Positions 16,050 through 24,083 of a stretch of 28,902 nt of DNA are shown here, piece by piece. The position numbers and the translations under genes were made by a program. Numbering within the stretch: the stretch's first letter is position 1; each line of letters opens with the position of its first letter. Source of the DNA: Lysobacterales bacterium (GTDB lineage: Bacteria > Pseudomonadota > Gammaproteobacteria > Xanthomonadales > SZUA-5); contig JALHMH010000050.1 in NCBI GenBank assembly GCA_022844165.1, forward strand, positions 1 through 28,902. The letters are read 5' to 3'. Under the pieces are notes generated by a model, which was not told the origin of the DNA, did not search any database, and worked only from the letters and a program-made list of their open reading frames with translations.

Positions 16050-17155
16050 CGCTCGAAGAGATCGAGGCCAAAAGTTATCTGGTCGGCGGTGCAGTGCGCG
16101 ATCGCTTGCTCGGCCGCACGGTCGAAGATCGCGATTTTGTGGTTGTCGGCGTGTCTCCAGCCGCCATGTTGAGCGCCGGTTTTCAGGCGGTGGGCGCTGA
16201 TTTCCCGGTGTTCTTGCACCCGACGACCCGCGAGGAATACGCACTGGCGCGCACCGAGCGCAAATCGGGTCATGGTTACACAGGGTTCGTCGTGCACGCC
16301 GGGCCAGAGGTGACGCTCGAAGACGATTTGCGACGCCGCGATTTTACGATCAACGCCATGGCACTAGACCATCGCGGCACGGTCATCGATCCGTACGGCG
16401 GGCTATCCGATCTGGCGGCAGGCGTGTTGCGCCATGTCTCAGAAGCATTTGCCGAAGACCCGGTACGCATTTTGCGCGCGGCGAGATTTTTGGCGCGTTA
16501 CGTCCACTGTCGTCTGGCGGCCGAAACGCTGGACATGATGCGTGCGATGGTCGCCAACGGGGAAGTCGATCACCTGGTGCCCGAACGCGTCTGGCAAGAG
16601 CTGAAACGGGCTTTACTCGAAACCAGACCGAGTGCATTTTTAGCGTGTCTGCGCGATTGCGGCGCGCTCGTGCGAATCCTTCCGGAGCTTTGCGACGTGG
16701 CGCCGGCGATCGACCGTAGCGGTACCGCTGCCCCCGGCGATGATTTGATCGCCTATGCTGTACTGTGCGCGGAGTTAAGCCCCACAGCGGCTCTGCAATT
16801 GAGCACAAGGCTCAAGGTGCCCGGCGAACATCGCGACCTGGCCCGGCTGGTGTCTGCCAGGCGCTCTACGTATGAGCTATACGCCTCACTCGATGCCGAA
16901 CAACGGCTCTTGCTATTCGAATTCACGGACGCGATGCGCCGCCCCGAACGCGCCTTGCAGTTTGCCCAAGCCTGCGCAATCGCCGGGAACGCACCAGGCA
17001 ATCCTCAGTTCGCCGAAGACGTGCAGCGTATTCGCCGGGTCGATGTGGCCGGCTGCATCGCGGCGGGATTCACAGGCGCCGCCTTGGGCACGGAGTTGCG
17101 CCGGCGGCGATTGGCAATACTCACATCGTCCCCCGACGAATCGGATTGTGCATGA
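16046..17155 (+). CDS. cca: CCA-adding tRNA nucleotidyltransferase, short form without HD motif
   Basis: YLVGGAVRD, DRDFVV, EEYALARTERKSG.GY.GF, EDDLRRRDFTINAMA, EDPVRILRAARF, ERVWQE; GTG start at 16046 overlaps the peptidase stop. Confidence 0.93.
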   Translation: MTLEEIEAKSYLVGGAVRDRLLGRTVEDRDFVVVGVSPAAMLSAGFQAVGADFPVFLHPTTREEYALARTERKSGHGYTGFVVHAGPEVTLEDDLRRRDFTINAMALDHRGTVIDPYGGLSDLAAGVLRHVSEAFAEDPVRILRAARFLARYVHCRLAAETLDMMRAMVANGEVDHLVPERVWQELKRALLETRPSAFLACLRDCGALVRILPELCDVAPAIDRSGTAAPGDDLIAYAVLCAELSPTAALQLSTRLKVPGEHRDLARLVSARRSTYELYASLDAEQRLLLFEFTDAMRRPERALQFAQACAIAGNAPGNPQFAEDVQRIRRVDVAGCIAAGFTGAALGTELRRRRLAILTSSPDESDCA

Positions 17156-17598
17156 CCGAAGCCGAGCTGGAAACCGAGCTGTTGACAACCATCCCGCTGA
17201 CAAACGCAATGGCGCTGCGCGTCGGGGCGTGCGACGGTACTTCGCTGCAATTGATGGCGCCGCTTGCACCCAACATTAACGACAAAGGCTGCGCTTTCGG
17301 CGGCAGCCTCGCGAGCCTGCTGACACTGGCCTGTTGGGGCTTGGCGCGATTGACCCTGAGCCGGGCCGGACACCAGGCCGACATCTACGTCCAGGATTCG
17401 CAGCTGAGCTACTTTGCGCCCGTGTGGTCGGAGGTGATTGCCATCGCCAGCGCCGCGCCGGACGATTCGCTGCACGCGTTTGTGGACCGATTTGCGCAAC
17501 GTGGCAAAGCGCGCTTGTCGATGGTGGCGGATGTGTGCGAGGGTTCCACCTTGGCAACGCGCATGACGGCGCGCTTCGTAGCGCTACGCAAGCCCTGA
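17152..17598 (+). CDS. YiiD C-terminal-like hotdog-fold thioesterase
   Basis: IPLTNAMAL, APLAPNINDKGCAFGGSLASLLTLACWG; ATGA overlap with cca. Confidence 0.88.
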   Translation: MTEAELETELLTTIPLTNAMALRVGACDGTSLQLMAPLAPNINDKGCAFGGSLASLLTLACWGLARLTLSRAGHQADIYVQDSQLSYFAPVWSEVIAIASAAPDDSLHAFVDRFAQRGKARLSMVADVCEGSTLATRMTARFVALRKP

Positions 17599-17613
17599 CC
17601 GCAATCACTTGAC

Positions 17614-17634
17614 ACCACCAACCACCAACCACAA
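17614..17634 (+). repeat. Heptamer tandem repeat (ACCACCA)x2 plus ACCACAA
   Basis: Directly visible in the intergenic spacer, running into the AAGGA RBS of the lipoprotein gene. Confidence 0.7.
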
Positions 17635-17644
17635 GGAACAGCCC

Positions 17645-18049
17645 ATGCGTACAGGTTGGATTGTCCTGCTGGCGCTGGCGATGACGCTGCCGGCTTGCCA
17701 GAGCGCAGAGAAAAACGACAGCTTGCGAGCGCGCCTTTACCAGTACTCGGCCGCTATTCGTTGGAACGAAATCGATCAAGCACTCGCGTTCGTCGAGCCG
17801 GCGCATTTGCTCGAGCGGCCGTTCACCGAGGAGGATCGCCAACGCTGGCGTGCAACACAGGTGGCTCGCTACTTCGACGGTCCACAATCGACCGACGCCA
17901 ACGGCGATGTGCGCGTTTCAGTGCAACTGGAGCTGATCGATCGCGATTCGCAGTCGGTGCGCAGTGTGGTCGATCGCCAGGTCTGGCGTTACGACGAGGC
18001 AACCAAGACATGGTGGCTGACCACCGGGTTGCCAGACATCCGCCAGTGA
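17645..18049 (+). CDS. Conserved hypothetical lipoprotein
   Basis: AAGGA RBS; MRTGWIVLLALAMTLPAC lipobox; YSAAIRW and W.YD...K.WWL..GLP motifs. Confidence 0.8.
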   Translation: MRTGWIVLLALAMTLPACQSAEKNDSLRARLYQYSAAIRWNEIDQALAFVEPAHLLERPFTEEDRQRWRATQVARYFDGPQSTDANGDVRVSVQLELIDRDSQSVRSVVDRQVWRYDEATKTWWLTTGLPDIRQ

Positions 18050-19575
18050 ATCGCTGGATCTGGCTGCTGGCCCTGCTTCCCGCGCTCGGCGAGGCAAGCG
18101 CGCTCGAGCGTGGCAACGGGCCTGAGCCGGATTCGCTCGATCCGCATCGAGCGCAGGGTTTGTCGGCGCAACACATCCTGCGCGATCTGTTCGAGCCTCT
18201 GGTCCGAGAGCGTGCCGGGGGCGAAATCCAACTTGCGGCGGCCGAGTCGGTGCAGGTCAGCGACGATGGTCTGATCTATACCTTCCAACTGCGCACCGAT
18301 GGTCGCTACAACGACGGCGCGCCGGTGACCGCCGCCGACTTCCAGGCCAGTTTCGAACGTGCGCTGCAGGCAACGACCGGAGCGCCATACGCCGCCATGC
18401 TGGCGCCCATCCGTGGCGCCACCGGGCGCTTGAACGGCGGCGACGGGGAACTCTGCGTCGAGGCCATCGATACGTTGACGCTTCAAATCTGCCTTGAGGC
18501 GCCGCGCGGCGATTTCTTACGGCGCCTGGCGTTGCCGATCGCGATGCCGGTGCCAAAACGGATGTTCGCATCGGGTGCGCGCATGACGCGTCCGGGTGTA
18601 CTGCTCGGCAATGGCGCATACCAATTGTCCGATTGGGTACCGCAGTCGGCCATCACGTTGACCCGCAACCCACATTATCGCCAACCACCCGCGATCGAGC
18701 GCGTGCGCTATCACGTGACCGAAGACGCCGCGCAGGAGCTCAAGCGGTTCGCCGCAGGCGAGTTACATCTGACCGACACCATACCGCCCGGTTCGGCTAC
18801 ACGACTCCGCGCCGAATTTGGCGATCAACTCAGAATCGCGCCGGCTTATGCGACGTTTTTCCTGGGATTCAATCTGCGCCAACCGGCGTTGGCAAATCCG
18901 GCGCTGCGTGAGGCGCTGAGCCTCGCGATCGACCGCGATGTGCTGACGCGCTATATCACCGGAAACGGCGAGTTGCCCGCGTATTCGTTGTTGCCGAATC
19001 GGCCTTTGCCCGCGAGCGCCACAGCTGCGCAGTTCCAATCGGAAAGGGCACAACGGGCCCGCGCGCTGTTCGCCTCCGCCGGGTTTCACCGGGACACCGC
19101 GCCCACCATCGAACTACGTTACAACACCAGTCTTCTGAATCGGCGCCTGGGGCTGGCTGTGGCTGCCATGTGGCGCGAGGTGCTCGGCGTGCATACTCGA
19201 CTGCGCCATGAAGAGTGGCGGAGCTTTGTGGTCAGCCGCCGCGAGGCGCGGGTCACGATGATCTACCGTGGCGGGTGGTTCGGCGACTATCAAGACCCGG
19301 TCAATTTTTTGGAACCGTTCACGCAAAACCATGCGCTCAATGCGACGGGCTTTGCCGACGAACCATTCGATCTGCTGGTGACACAAGCCGCCGCTGGCAT
19401 CGATGCTGCCGGCGCCATCGATCGTGCCGAAAGCCGACTACTTCACGCAAATGTGCTGATCCCTCTGTTTCAATACACCAGCAAACATCTCGTCAGCGAT
19501 CAGCTGTGCGGCTTCGAGGCGCATCCGCTGGATCATCACCCAAGCAGCGAATTGAGGTTTTGCGGTACACCATGA
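18046..19575 (+). CDS. oppA: Oligopeptide ABC transporter substrate-binding protein
   Basis: GTG start overlapping the previous stop; RGNGPEPDSLDPH, DLFEPLV, SDDGLIYTFQLR, PVTAADF, NGAYQL, LREALSLAIDR, GWFGDYQDP. Confidence 0.9.
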   Translation: MNRWIWLLALLPALGEASALERGNGPEPDSLDPHRAQGLSAQHILRDLFEPLVRERAGGEIQLAAAESVQVSDDGLIYTFQLRTDGRYNDGAPVTAADFQASFERALQATTGAPYAAMLAPIRGATGRLNGGDGELCVEAIDTLTLQICLEAPRGDFLRRLALPIAMPVPKRMFASGARMTRPGVLLGNGAYQLSDWVPQSAITLTRNPHYRQPPAIERVRYHVTEDAAQELKRFAAGELHLTDTIPPGSATRLRAEFGDQLRIAPAYATFFLGFNLRQPALANPALREALSLAIDRDVLTRYITGNGELPAYSLLPNRPLPASATAAQFQSERAQRARALFASAGFHRDTAPTIELRYNTSLLNRRLGLAVAAMWREVLGVHTRLRHEEWRSFVVSRREARVTMIYRGGWFGDYQDPVNFLEPFTQNHALNATGFADEPFDLLVTQAAAGIDAAGAIDRAESRLLHANVLIPLFQYTSKHLVSDQLCGFEAHPLDHHPSSELRFCGTP

Positions 19576-20498
19576 AGTGGCTGAAACGGATCGGGTTGAG
19601 GATGGTTGGCACAGCGCTCACCTTGTTGGCGCTGGTCGCGGTGTGTTTGATGTTGCTGCGCGCGGTACCGGGTGGGCCGCTCGATGGCGAGCGCGAAATG
19701 CCCAGCACGGTCCGAGCGGCGATCGAGGCGCAGTACGGCCTCGATTTACCGTTTTCCGAGCAATACGGTCGTTACGTGTCGAATGCGCTCGATGGCGAAC
19801 TGGGCCCGTCAATGCAGTATCCCGACTTTAATGTCGAGGAGTTAATCGCGCTGTCGGCGCCGATCACGATCACCCTTGGATTGTTGGCCACATTCCTCGC
19901 GCTCGGTGCGGCGATCCCGATTGCCGCGGCGATTGCCGCCGAACCGATGGCCTTGCAGGCGGCGCGCACCGGCACGCTGGTGATGCTTGCGGTGCCGAAG
20001 TTTGTGCTCGCGCCGCTGCTGGTGCTGGTTTTCTCCTTGAGCCTGAATTGGCTGCCTGTCGGTGGATTTGCCTGGCGCGAGCCGCTCACCTGGGTGCTAC
20101 CGGTGGCGTGCCTCGCGCTGCCGCAGTTTTTCGTGCTGCTGCGTGTGCTGATCGAAAACATGCGCGCCGCCATGGAGAAGTCGCCGGTGATCGCTGCCCG
20201 CGCCCGAGGTTACTCGCCGCTCCGTGTCGTCACGCGCCACGCGCTGCCGCTGGCGTTGGCCCAGACCTTCGGTTTTTTCGGTCCGATTCTCGTCGCATTG
20301 CTGACCGGATCGGCCGTCATTGAGCAGGTATTCAATATTCCAGGTCTTGGCCGATACCTGGTGCAAGCCGCACTCAATCGCGACTTCACACTGCTGATCG
20401 GCTGCGTGATCACCGTCGCCACGATCACCATTGTTGCGCACTTTGTCGTCGAGAGCCTGCAGGAACTCTTCGATCCGCGCGTGCGGGCGCGGGGGTGA
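19572..20498 (+). CDS. oppB: Oligopeptide ABC transporter permease
   Basis: ATG at 19572 overlapping the oppA stop; PGGPLDGER, YGLDLP, LGPS..Y, EAA-like ARARG, GSAVIEQVFNIPGLGRYLV, DPRVR. Confidence 0.92.
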   Translation: MKWLKRIGLRMVGTALTLLALVAVCLMLLRAVPGGPLDGEREMPSTVRAAIEAQYGLDLPFSEQYGRYVSNALDGELGPSMQYPDFNVEELIALSAPITITLGLLATFLALGAAIPIAAAIAAEPMALQAARTGTLVMLAVPKFVLAPLLVLVFSLSLNWLPVGGFAWREPLTWVLPVACLALPQFFVLLRVLIENMRAAMEKSPVIAARARGYSPLRVVTRHALPLALAQTFGFFGPILVALLTGSAVIEQVFNIPGLGRYLVQAALNRDFTLLIGCVITVATITIVAHFVVESLQELFDPRVRARG

Positions 20499-21808
20499 GT
20501 GTGTGGAATGCGGGCGACAAGTGCCGCAGAATGCCGGCTCCAACACGGAGCGCAAAAGTGGCGAACTTCAAGTCCCTCTACCAGGCACTGCCGCTCGAAA
20601 AGGCGATCGGTCCGGACGACCCCCATTACGTCGACTATTACGGGAGGGGGAATGCCTATGGTTACTCAGCTGATCCGATCGCACAATTGGCGACCAGCAT
20701 TAGCTTTAGCGATCCCGAAGGCCGTGGTCTGCACCTAGTCAGTGGTCAACGAGGAACCGGTAAGAGTAGCGAGCTGACGCGGCTGAAGCACATCCTTGAG
20801 GCGGATGGATTCGAAGTCTGGTTCACTGATCTTGAAGACCTTTTCGTACTCAGCGAGCCCATCGAGATCGGCGATTTCCTGATCGGCGCGACCAGCGCTC
20901 TGGTATCGCTCGGCATCGATAGCGGCAGCGATTTTTTTGATCGACTGCGGCAGTTCTTCCAGACGGAAATAGAGGTTGAAGGCTTGACGGTGGGCGCCGA
21001 TGCCGCCGTGTTCAAGGCGGAATTGGACGTCATGTTTCGCCAAAATCCAACCATTCGCCAACGTGTGCGCGAGAAGCTACGGGCGCGCGTCGATGCCATC
21101 TGGCGGCAGACTGCCGATTACGTCGAACATCTTGCGGCAAGTCGCAATAGGCGAGTCGTTTGGATCATGGATTCCATTGACCGAGCGTCGGGCCGCTTTG
21201 ATAACGCGGCGGCGGTTGCCGACAGCATCGTCGCATTGTTCAGTCAGCATGCCGACAAGTTGCGTTTCAAGCACATCGATACCGTGGCCGTAGTTCATCC
21301 ATGGCTATCCTCGGCGACTGGGGCGGCGCTGATTCCCACGACCAGTACCTTTCTGCCCAGCATCCGTGTTCGCCAGCGCACAGGAGAGGTCGATCCGCTG
21401 CGCATCGGCTTGCTGGTCGAAATCGCTCTCCGGCGCGAGCCCGGGTTATTCGCACTGGTGGAACGCAAACATGTAGAGCAGTTGGCGTTGATGTCCGGTG
21501 GCGACTTGCGCGAGTACTTCCGACTGTTGCGCTCCTGCGCGATCAAGGGCGGTGCGGCGGCCATCGAGCCGCCAGTGAGCGCGGCTGTGGTGACTGACGT
21601 CATCAACGAGCAGCGTAACGCGATGCTGCCGATCGCGGCCGACGAGCTGGATTGGCTGCGACAGATCTCGACCAGTAAACAGGCATCGTTGAAAACTCGG
21701 GGCGACGTCCTCGCGTTGGCCCGATTGCTCAACGGCAAGTTCGTGATGAATTACCGCAACGGCGATGACTGGTACGACGTGCACCCATTGCTGTTCGATC
21801 TGCTTTGA
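20495..21808 (+). CDS. P-loop NTPase (AAA+/STAND/KAP-like, not ABC type)
   Basis: LVSGQRGTGKSSEL Walker A, VVWIMDSIDR Walker B-like, helical SGGDLREYFRL, C-terminal Y.NGDDWYDVHPLL; no LSGGQ. Start is GTG 20495 or ATG 20531. Confidence 0.85.
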   Translation: MSVWNAGDKCRRMPAPTRSAKVANFKSLYQALPLEKAIGPDDPHYVDYYGRGNAYGYSADPIAQLATSISFSDPEGRGLHLVSGQRGTGKSSELTRLKHILEADGFEVWFTDLEDLFVLSEPIEIGDFLIGATSALVSLGIDSGSDFFDRLRQFFQTEIEVEGLTVGADAAVFKAELDVMFRQNPTIRQRVREKLRARVDAIWRQTADYVEHLAASRNRRVVWIMDSIDRASGRFDNAAAVADSIVALFSQHADKLRFKHIDTVAVVHPWLSSATGAALIPTTSTFLPSIRVRQRTGEVDPLRIGLLVEIALRREPGLFALVERKHVEQLALMSGGDLREYFRLLRSCAIKGGAAAIEPPVSAAVVTDVINEQRNAMLPIAADELDWLRQISTSKQASLKTRGDVLALARLLNGKFVMNYRNGDDWYDVHPLLFDLL

Positions 21809-23157
21809 TGGCCGAAACCGATCTCGACGAAATCGAGCGTGTCGTCCGTGAGTTGGTCACGCGGATCGAATTTGGGCGCGGCCAGTTTCACCTGGGATTC
21901 TTGTTTTGCGAAGAGTTGTGGCTGCTGAAGTCGATCGAAGAGCAAGTTCTGGCGCGAGCTGCCAAAGTTGTCGAGTCCTTCAAGTACCGTTCTTTTAGCG
22001 CCTTCGACGTCGACTCGACCTTGGCGGCATTGCTGGGCGAGCGGCGTGAGGAAGATTTTCATGTGTTCGAGCTGCACGACCTCAGCGAGGGCGAACTAAA
22101 ACAAATTCTCGTTGTACTGAACGAGCGCCGGACTTCGTTGATCGACCGCATCGGCGGTCTGTTGGTGCTGTCGATGCGCAACTCGCTCATGGGCGAGATT
22201 GGTTTTTTGGTGCCTGATCTTTGGTCGGTACGCAGCTTCGCGACAAAGGTCGCGGCAACGCAGCAGTGGCCGCCACAGATTCTGCCAATCGGGCCCCGCG
22301 TTATCGAACTGGGTGGCGTCGCTAGCGTGTCAGTTTCCGCAAGCGCCACGCTGGATAAGCGCAAGTTACTGTTGCTCGCCTCGCATGCCTTGCGCGACGG
22401 CAAGCCGGTACAGGCGATCCGCCTAGCGCGAGAAGCAAGTGCTATCGCCACGGAGACAGGCGACTGGGCCGCGTTGGGGGCAGCGGCCGACGTACTGGAT
22501 GACTGTCTCGATTACCGGTACGCTGCGGATGCTTACAAGAACGCGCTGACCAAAGCGCCCGGGGACGTCAACGTCGCGCGTTGGGCCAGGAAGCGCGCCG
22601 AGAACCTGATCGCAATCGGGGACTTCCAAGAGGCGGCGTTGTCGATTGAGCAGGCGAGGCAAGCCACGGCGGTATTGGTGGCCGATGACCGAGAACGACT
22701 GCTGACCGAAGTGACTCTGGGTGAGCTGGAGCTGTGGCGCGGTGGAAACTTGTTCGAGCGCCACTTGCGACGAGTCGCCAGAAAAGCAAAGCCATTATCC
22801 GCTGCGGAGGTTCGTGCGCTGACCGCGCTGGCTTATGCTGCGCTCCGCAGCGATTTGGCGTTGGCGTCTGTGCGTCTCGCAGAAGCGATCGCAGGCTCCG
22901 GGTTGCGCATCGTCCGATACGGAGCTACGCCGGCACGAGTCCTGCGGCATGCGGGTTTGTTGGCGGCACAGACTTGGATTGCGCAAATTCGCAACGACGA
23001 TGACCAGCAATCCGCCGTTACCTATCTCGATTGGGCGATGAAAGAACTTGGTCGATTCCCGGCGCTGAGCAACTATCGAGAACGCTTGTCGGAGTTCGCC
23101 TCCAGGGATGCCTTCAACCGCGCAAACCCCTCCGCCATCGACACTCGTGGCACATAG
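21808..23157 (+). CDS. Hypothetical protein: alpha/beta (probably degenerate NTPase) N-terminal domain plus TPR-like helical C-terminus
   Basis: TGATG coupling to the NTPase; N-domain LNERR...PDLWSVRS; Ala/Leu-rich helical repeats (AIRLAREA, AADAYKNAL, IGDFQEAALSIEQA, LGELELWRG). Confidence 0.72.
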   Translation: MAETDLDEIERVVRELVTRIEFGRGQFHLGFLFCEELWLLKSIEEQVLARAAKVVESFKYRSFSAFDVDSTLAALLGERREEDFHVFELHDLSEGELKQILVVLNERRTSLIDRIGGLLVLSMRNSLMGEIGFLVPDLWSVRSFATKVAATQQWPPQILPIGPRVIELGGVASVSVSASATLDKRKLLLLASHALRDGKPVQAIRLAREASAIATETGDWAALGAAADVLDDCLDYRYAADAYKNALTKAPGDVNVARWARKRAENLIAIGDFQEAALSIEQARQATAVLVADDRERLLTEVTLGELELWRGGNLFERHLRRVARKAKPLSAAEVRALTALAYAALRSDLALASVRLAEAIAGSGLRIVRYGATPARVLRHAGLLAAQTWIAQIRNDDDQQSAVTYLDWAMKELGRFPALSNYRERLSEFASRDAFNRANPSAIDTRGT

Positions 23158-24083
23158 CCAAAATCGCGCTCCGCTGCGCTGATGTTGTACCAGTGGGCGC
23201 TTGCGAGGTGTTCGGCGACGAAGCGTGTCATCAGCGGCTCGCCTTTGAGGTTGAGCTTGCTGTAGATCTGCTCTAACAGCCAACCGGCGCCGTAGGCGAG
23301 GCTAAACGGCATGCGGGCGTGCACCGGCGGCAGGCCGGCACAAGCGAGCAGGCCATTGATCACATCTTCGATCGCCATCGGTTCGCCGTTGCTGATGAAA
23401 TACGCGCGCCCCGAGTGGTCGCTGCCCGGAAATAAATGCTGCGCGGCAAGCAAATGCGCGTCGACCGCGTTGTCGATGTAGGTGGTGTCGATGCGTTTGC
23501 CCTTGGCGCCAATGAACTTCAAGCGCCCGGCTTTGGCGCGGGCGACGATGCGCGGCAGCAGGTGCTGGTCCCCCGGGCCCCAGATTAAATGCGGTCGCAG
23601 CGCGACAGTCGCAAAATCCGGCGCGTTTTCGATCAGCACGATGCGCTCGGCTTGCATTTTCGTGTACGGGTAGTGCGCCAGGTAACGCGCTGCGTATCGC
23701 ACCGATTCGTCGACGCCTTCCAGATCGTGCCCGGCGTGAACCACGCTGGGCGTGGACGTGTAAACAAGGCGCGCAATGCCGTTCGTGCGGCACGCGCGGA
23801 TCACATTCTCGGTGCCGGTCACATTGGCAGCATGGTATTGCGCATATGGACCCCAATGGCCCGCTTTCGCCGCCACGTGAAACACCTGATCGCAGCCTTG
23901 TGCGGCGCGAGCTACGCTGGATAGATCGGCCAGGTCGCCTTGCACAACTTCCACGCCGATGGCCTCCAGCGCGGGTGCCGCGGAGCGCTGCAAGGCGACG
24001 ACGTGTTTACCCTGCTCGCGCAGGCGCCTGCAGATGGCGCCGCCCAGGAATCCGCTGCCGCCGGTGACCAATGAGCGACTCAT
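23073..24083 (-). CDS. oleD: 2-alkyl-3-oxoalkanoate reductase OleD (3-beta-HSD-like extended SDR)
   Basis: LVTGGSGFLG, FHVAAKAG.WG, YTSTPSVVH, YPYTK, ALRPHLIWGPGD; overlaps oleC. Confidence 0.9.
   Translation of the reverse strand: MSRSLVTGGSGFLGGAICRRLREQGKHVVALQRSAAPALEAIGVEVVQGDLADLSSVARAAQGCDQVFHVAAKAGHWGPYAQYHAANVTGTENVIRACRTNGIARLVYTSTPSVVHAGHDLEGVDESVRYAARYLAHYPYTKMQAERIVLIENAPDFATVALRPHLIWGPGDQHLLPRIVARAKAGRLKFIGAKGKRIDTTYIDNAVDAHLLAAQHLFPGSDHSGRAYFISNGEPMAIEDVINGLLACAGLPPVHARMPFSLAYGAGWLLEQIYSKLNLKGEPLMTRFVAEHLASAHWYNISAAERDFGYVPRVSMAEGFARLKASLEANSDKRSR

Noticed and set aside
15791-19571. Long N-terminal extensions given by the ORF track for cca (15791), oppA (17656) and oppB (19215)
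   Set aside because: They overlap upstream genes; starts at 16046, 18046 and 19572 give 4-nt stop/start overlaps and begin at the family N-terminus.
20495-21808. The NTPase as the missing OppD/OppF ATPase
   Set aside because: No LSGGQ signature, Q-loop or H-loop; the architecture is not ABC type.
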